From Malacoraja senta (taxonomy: Eukaryota): 64,000 nucleotides of DNA. Below the pieces are notes generated by a model that saw only the letters and a program-made list of their open reading frames with translations, did no database searches and had not been told where the DNA came from. The position numbers and the translations under genes are program-made. Shown one piece after another: positions 63,121 to 64,000 of this stretch (the stretch's first letter is position 1; every line of letters starts with the position of its first letter). Location of the stretch: assembly GCA_038087875.1 (NCBI GenBank), contig CM075988.1:24678001-24742000 (forward strand), in the 5' to 3' direction.

Positions 63121-64000
63121 GTATTAAGCGTCCACCAATCTGAGTTGTATAGAATGATAACACTGGGTATATTACCAAAGGAATTGCAAAGGAAGATCAG
63201 GGAAGAATTTCATGCAGAATACTTTAGGTATAATAGTTATGTAGACAGTGATTCAAATATTTGTCCACTGGCCTGGCATTGACAAATGTATAGAAGAACA
63301 AGCCTGCTGAAACAAAGTAGGCCAGGGATGTTGGATGTGATTCCGTATGCACCATTGAGGGCATGGGTCTGGCTTGCAAGATAATTTGTGCTAATATTGT
63401 GGTAAAAAGGAGAAAAACGTACTGTATTAATTGACAACCATTGAAAATGTCTCGACATATGTGGTGTTGTATCTTATCAAGGAAGGCACGGTAGAGAAAT
63501 TAAGATCTATCTTAGCCACATATGAAGAAGTTTGTTTCAGATAATGATTCATAATTTAGATTATTCATCTTGAATGATTCATGAAGAGCAATGGAATTAA
63601 ATGTTGCTGCTTACAATTCAGTGCAAATTGGGAAGCAGAAAGATTATTTTATGTGGCAAAAGAGGCATTGCAAAAGGAAGTTATGGAATGAACTTTGCTA
63701 TGCAACATCAATTTGCAGCAGTTTTTCAGCAATGGGACAATGCCATACTCCACAGCAGGCGGCACTCCTGCAGAACTGCTTATGAACAGAAGGATGAGAG
63801 ACTGTGATTGAATCTCATCCAAACCAATTTGTAAGGGAAGTGGAGAATAGGGAATGAAAACGAAGAAGGCATCATAACACAAGTTGCACAGCAAGGAGAT
63901 CCAGCCTGCACAATAGAGTTCATGTCGTGAGACCTGTTAGCAGGTCGAAATGAGGTGTTAGTGGTGATATACAGTTTGAATTGTCATGAACGTTGGAAAT

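Overview
Eukaryotic, repeat-rich vertebrate DNA. The repeat spectrum (CR1, HE1-like V-SINE, Penelope-like and Rex1 elements) suggests a cartilaginous fish such as a skate or ray; this is inference. I can reconstruct one host gene: TEN1 (CST complex subunit) on the minus strand, with three coding exons (8000-7912, 6612-6455, 1147-993; 133 aa) and a CpG-island promoter at about 10.1-10.65 kb. That promoter carries five tandem E-box + RFX X-box-like modules at fixed spacing. In the remaining ~53 kb I recognise no coding exons. It consists of transposable elements plus candidate conserved non-coding blocks. The elements include a young Nimb/I LINE, a truncated Gypsy element, CR1, Rex1, RTE, SINEs, Harbinger-type and hAT MITEs. 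The most notable signal is roughly 20 Penelope-like-derived mini-insertions carrying a minimal hammerhead-ribozyme motif. They often begin right at the ribozyme core, some are inverted hairpins with 11-16 bp target-site duplications (TSDs), and one has captured 90 bp of nearby DNA. Several other locally templated insertions are present. All family assignments come from motif recognition, not database searches.
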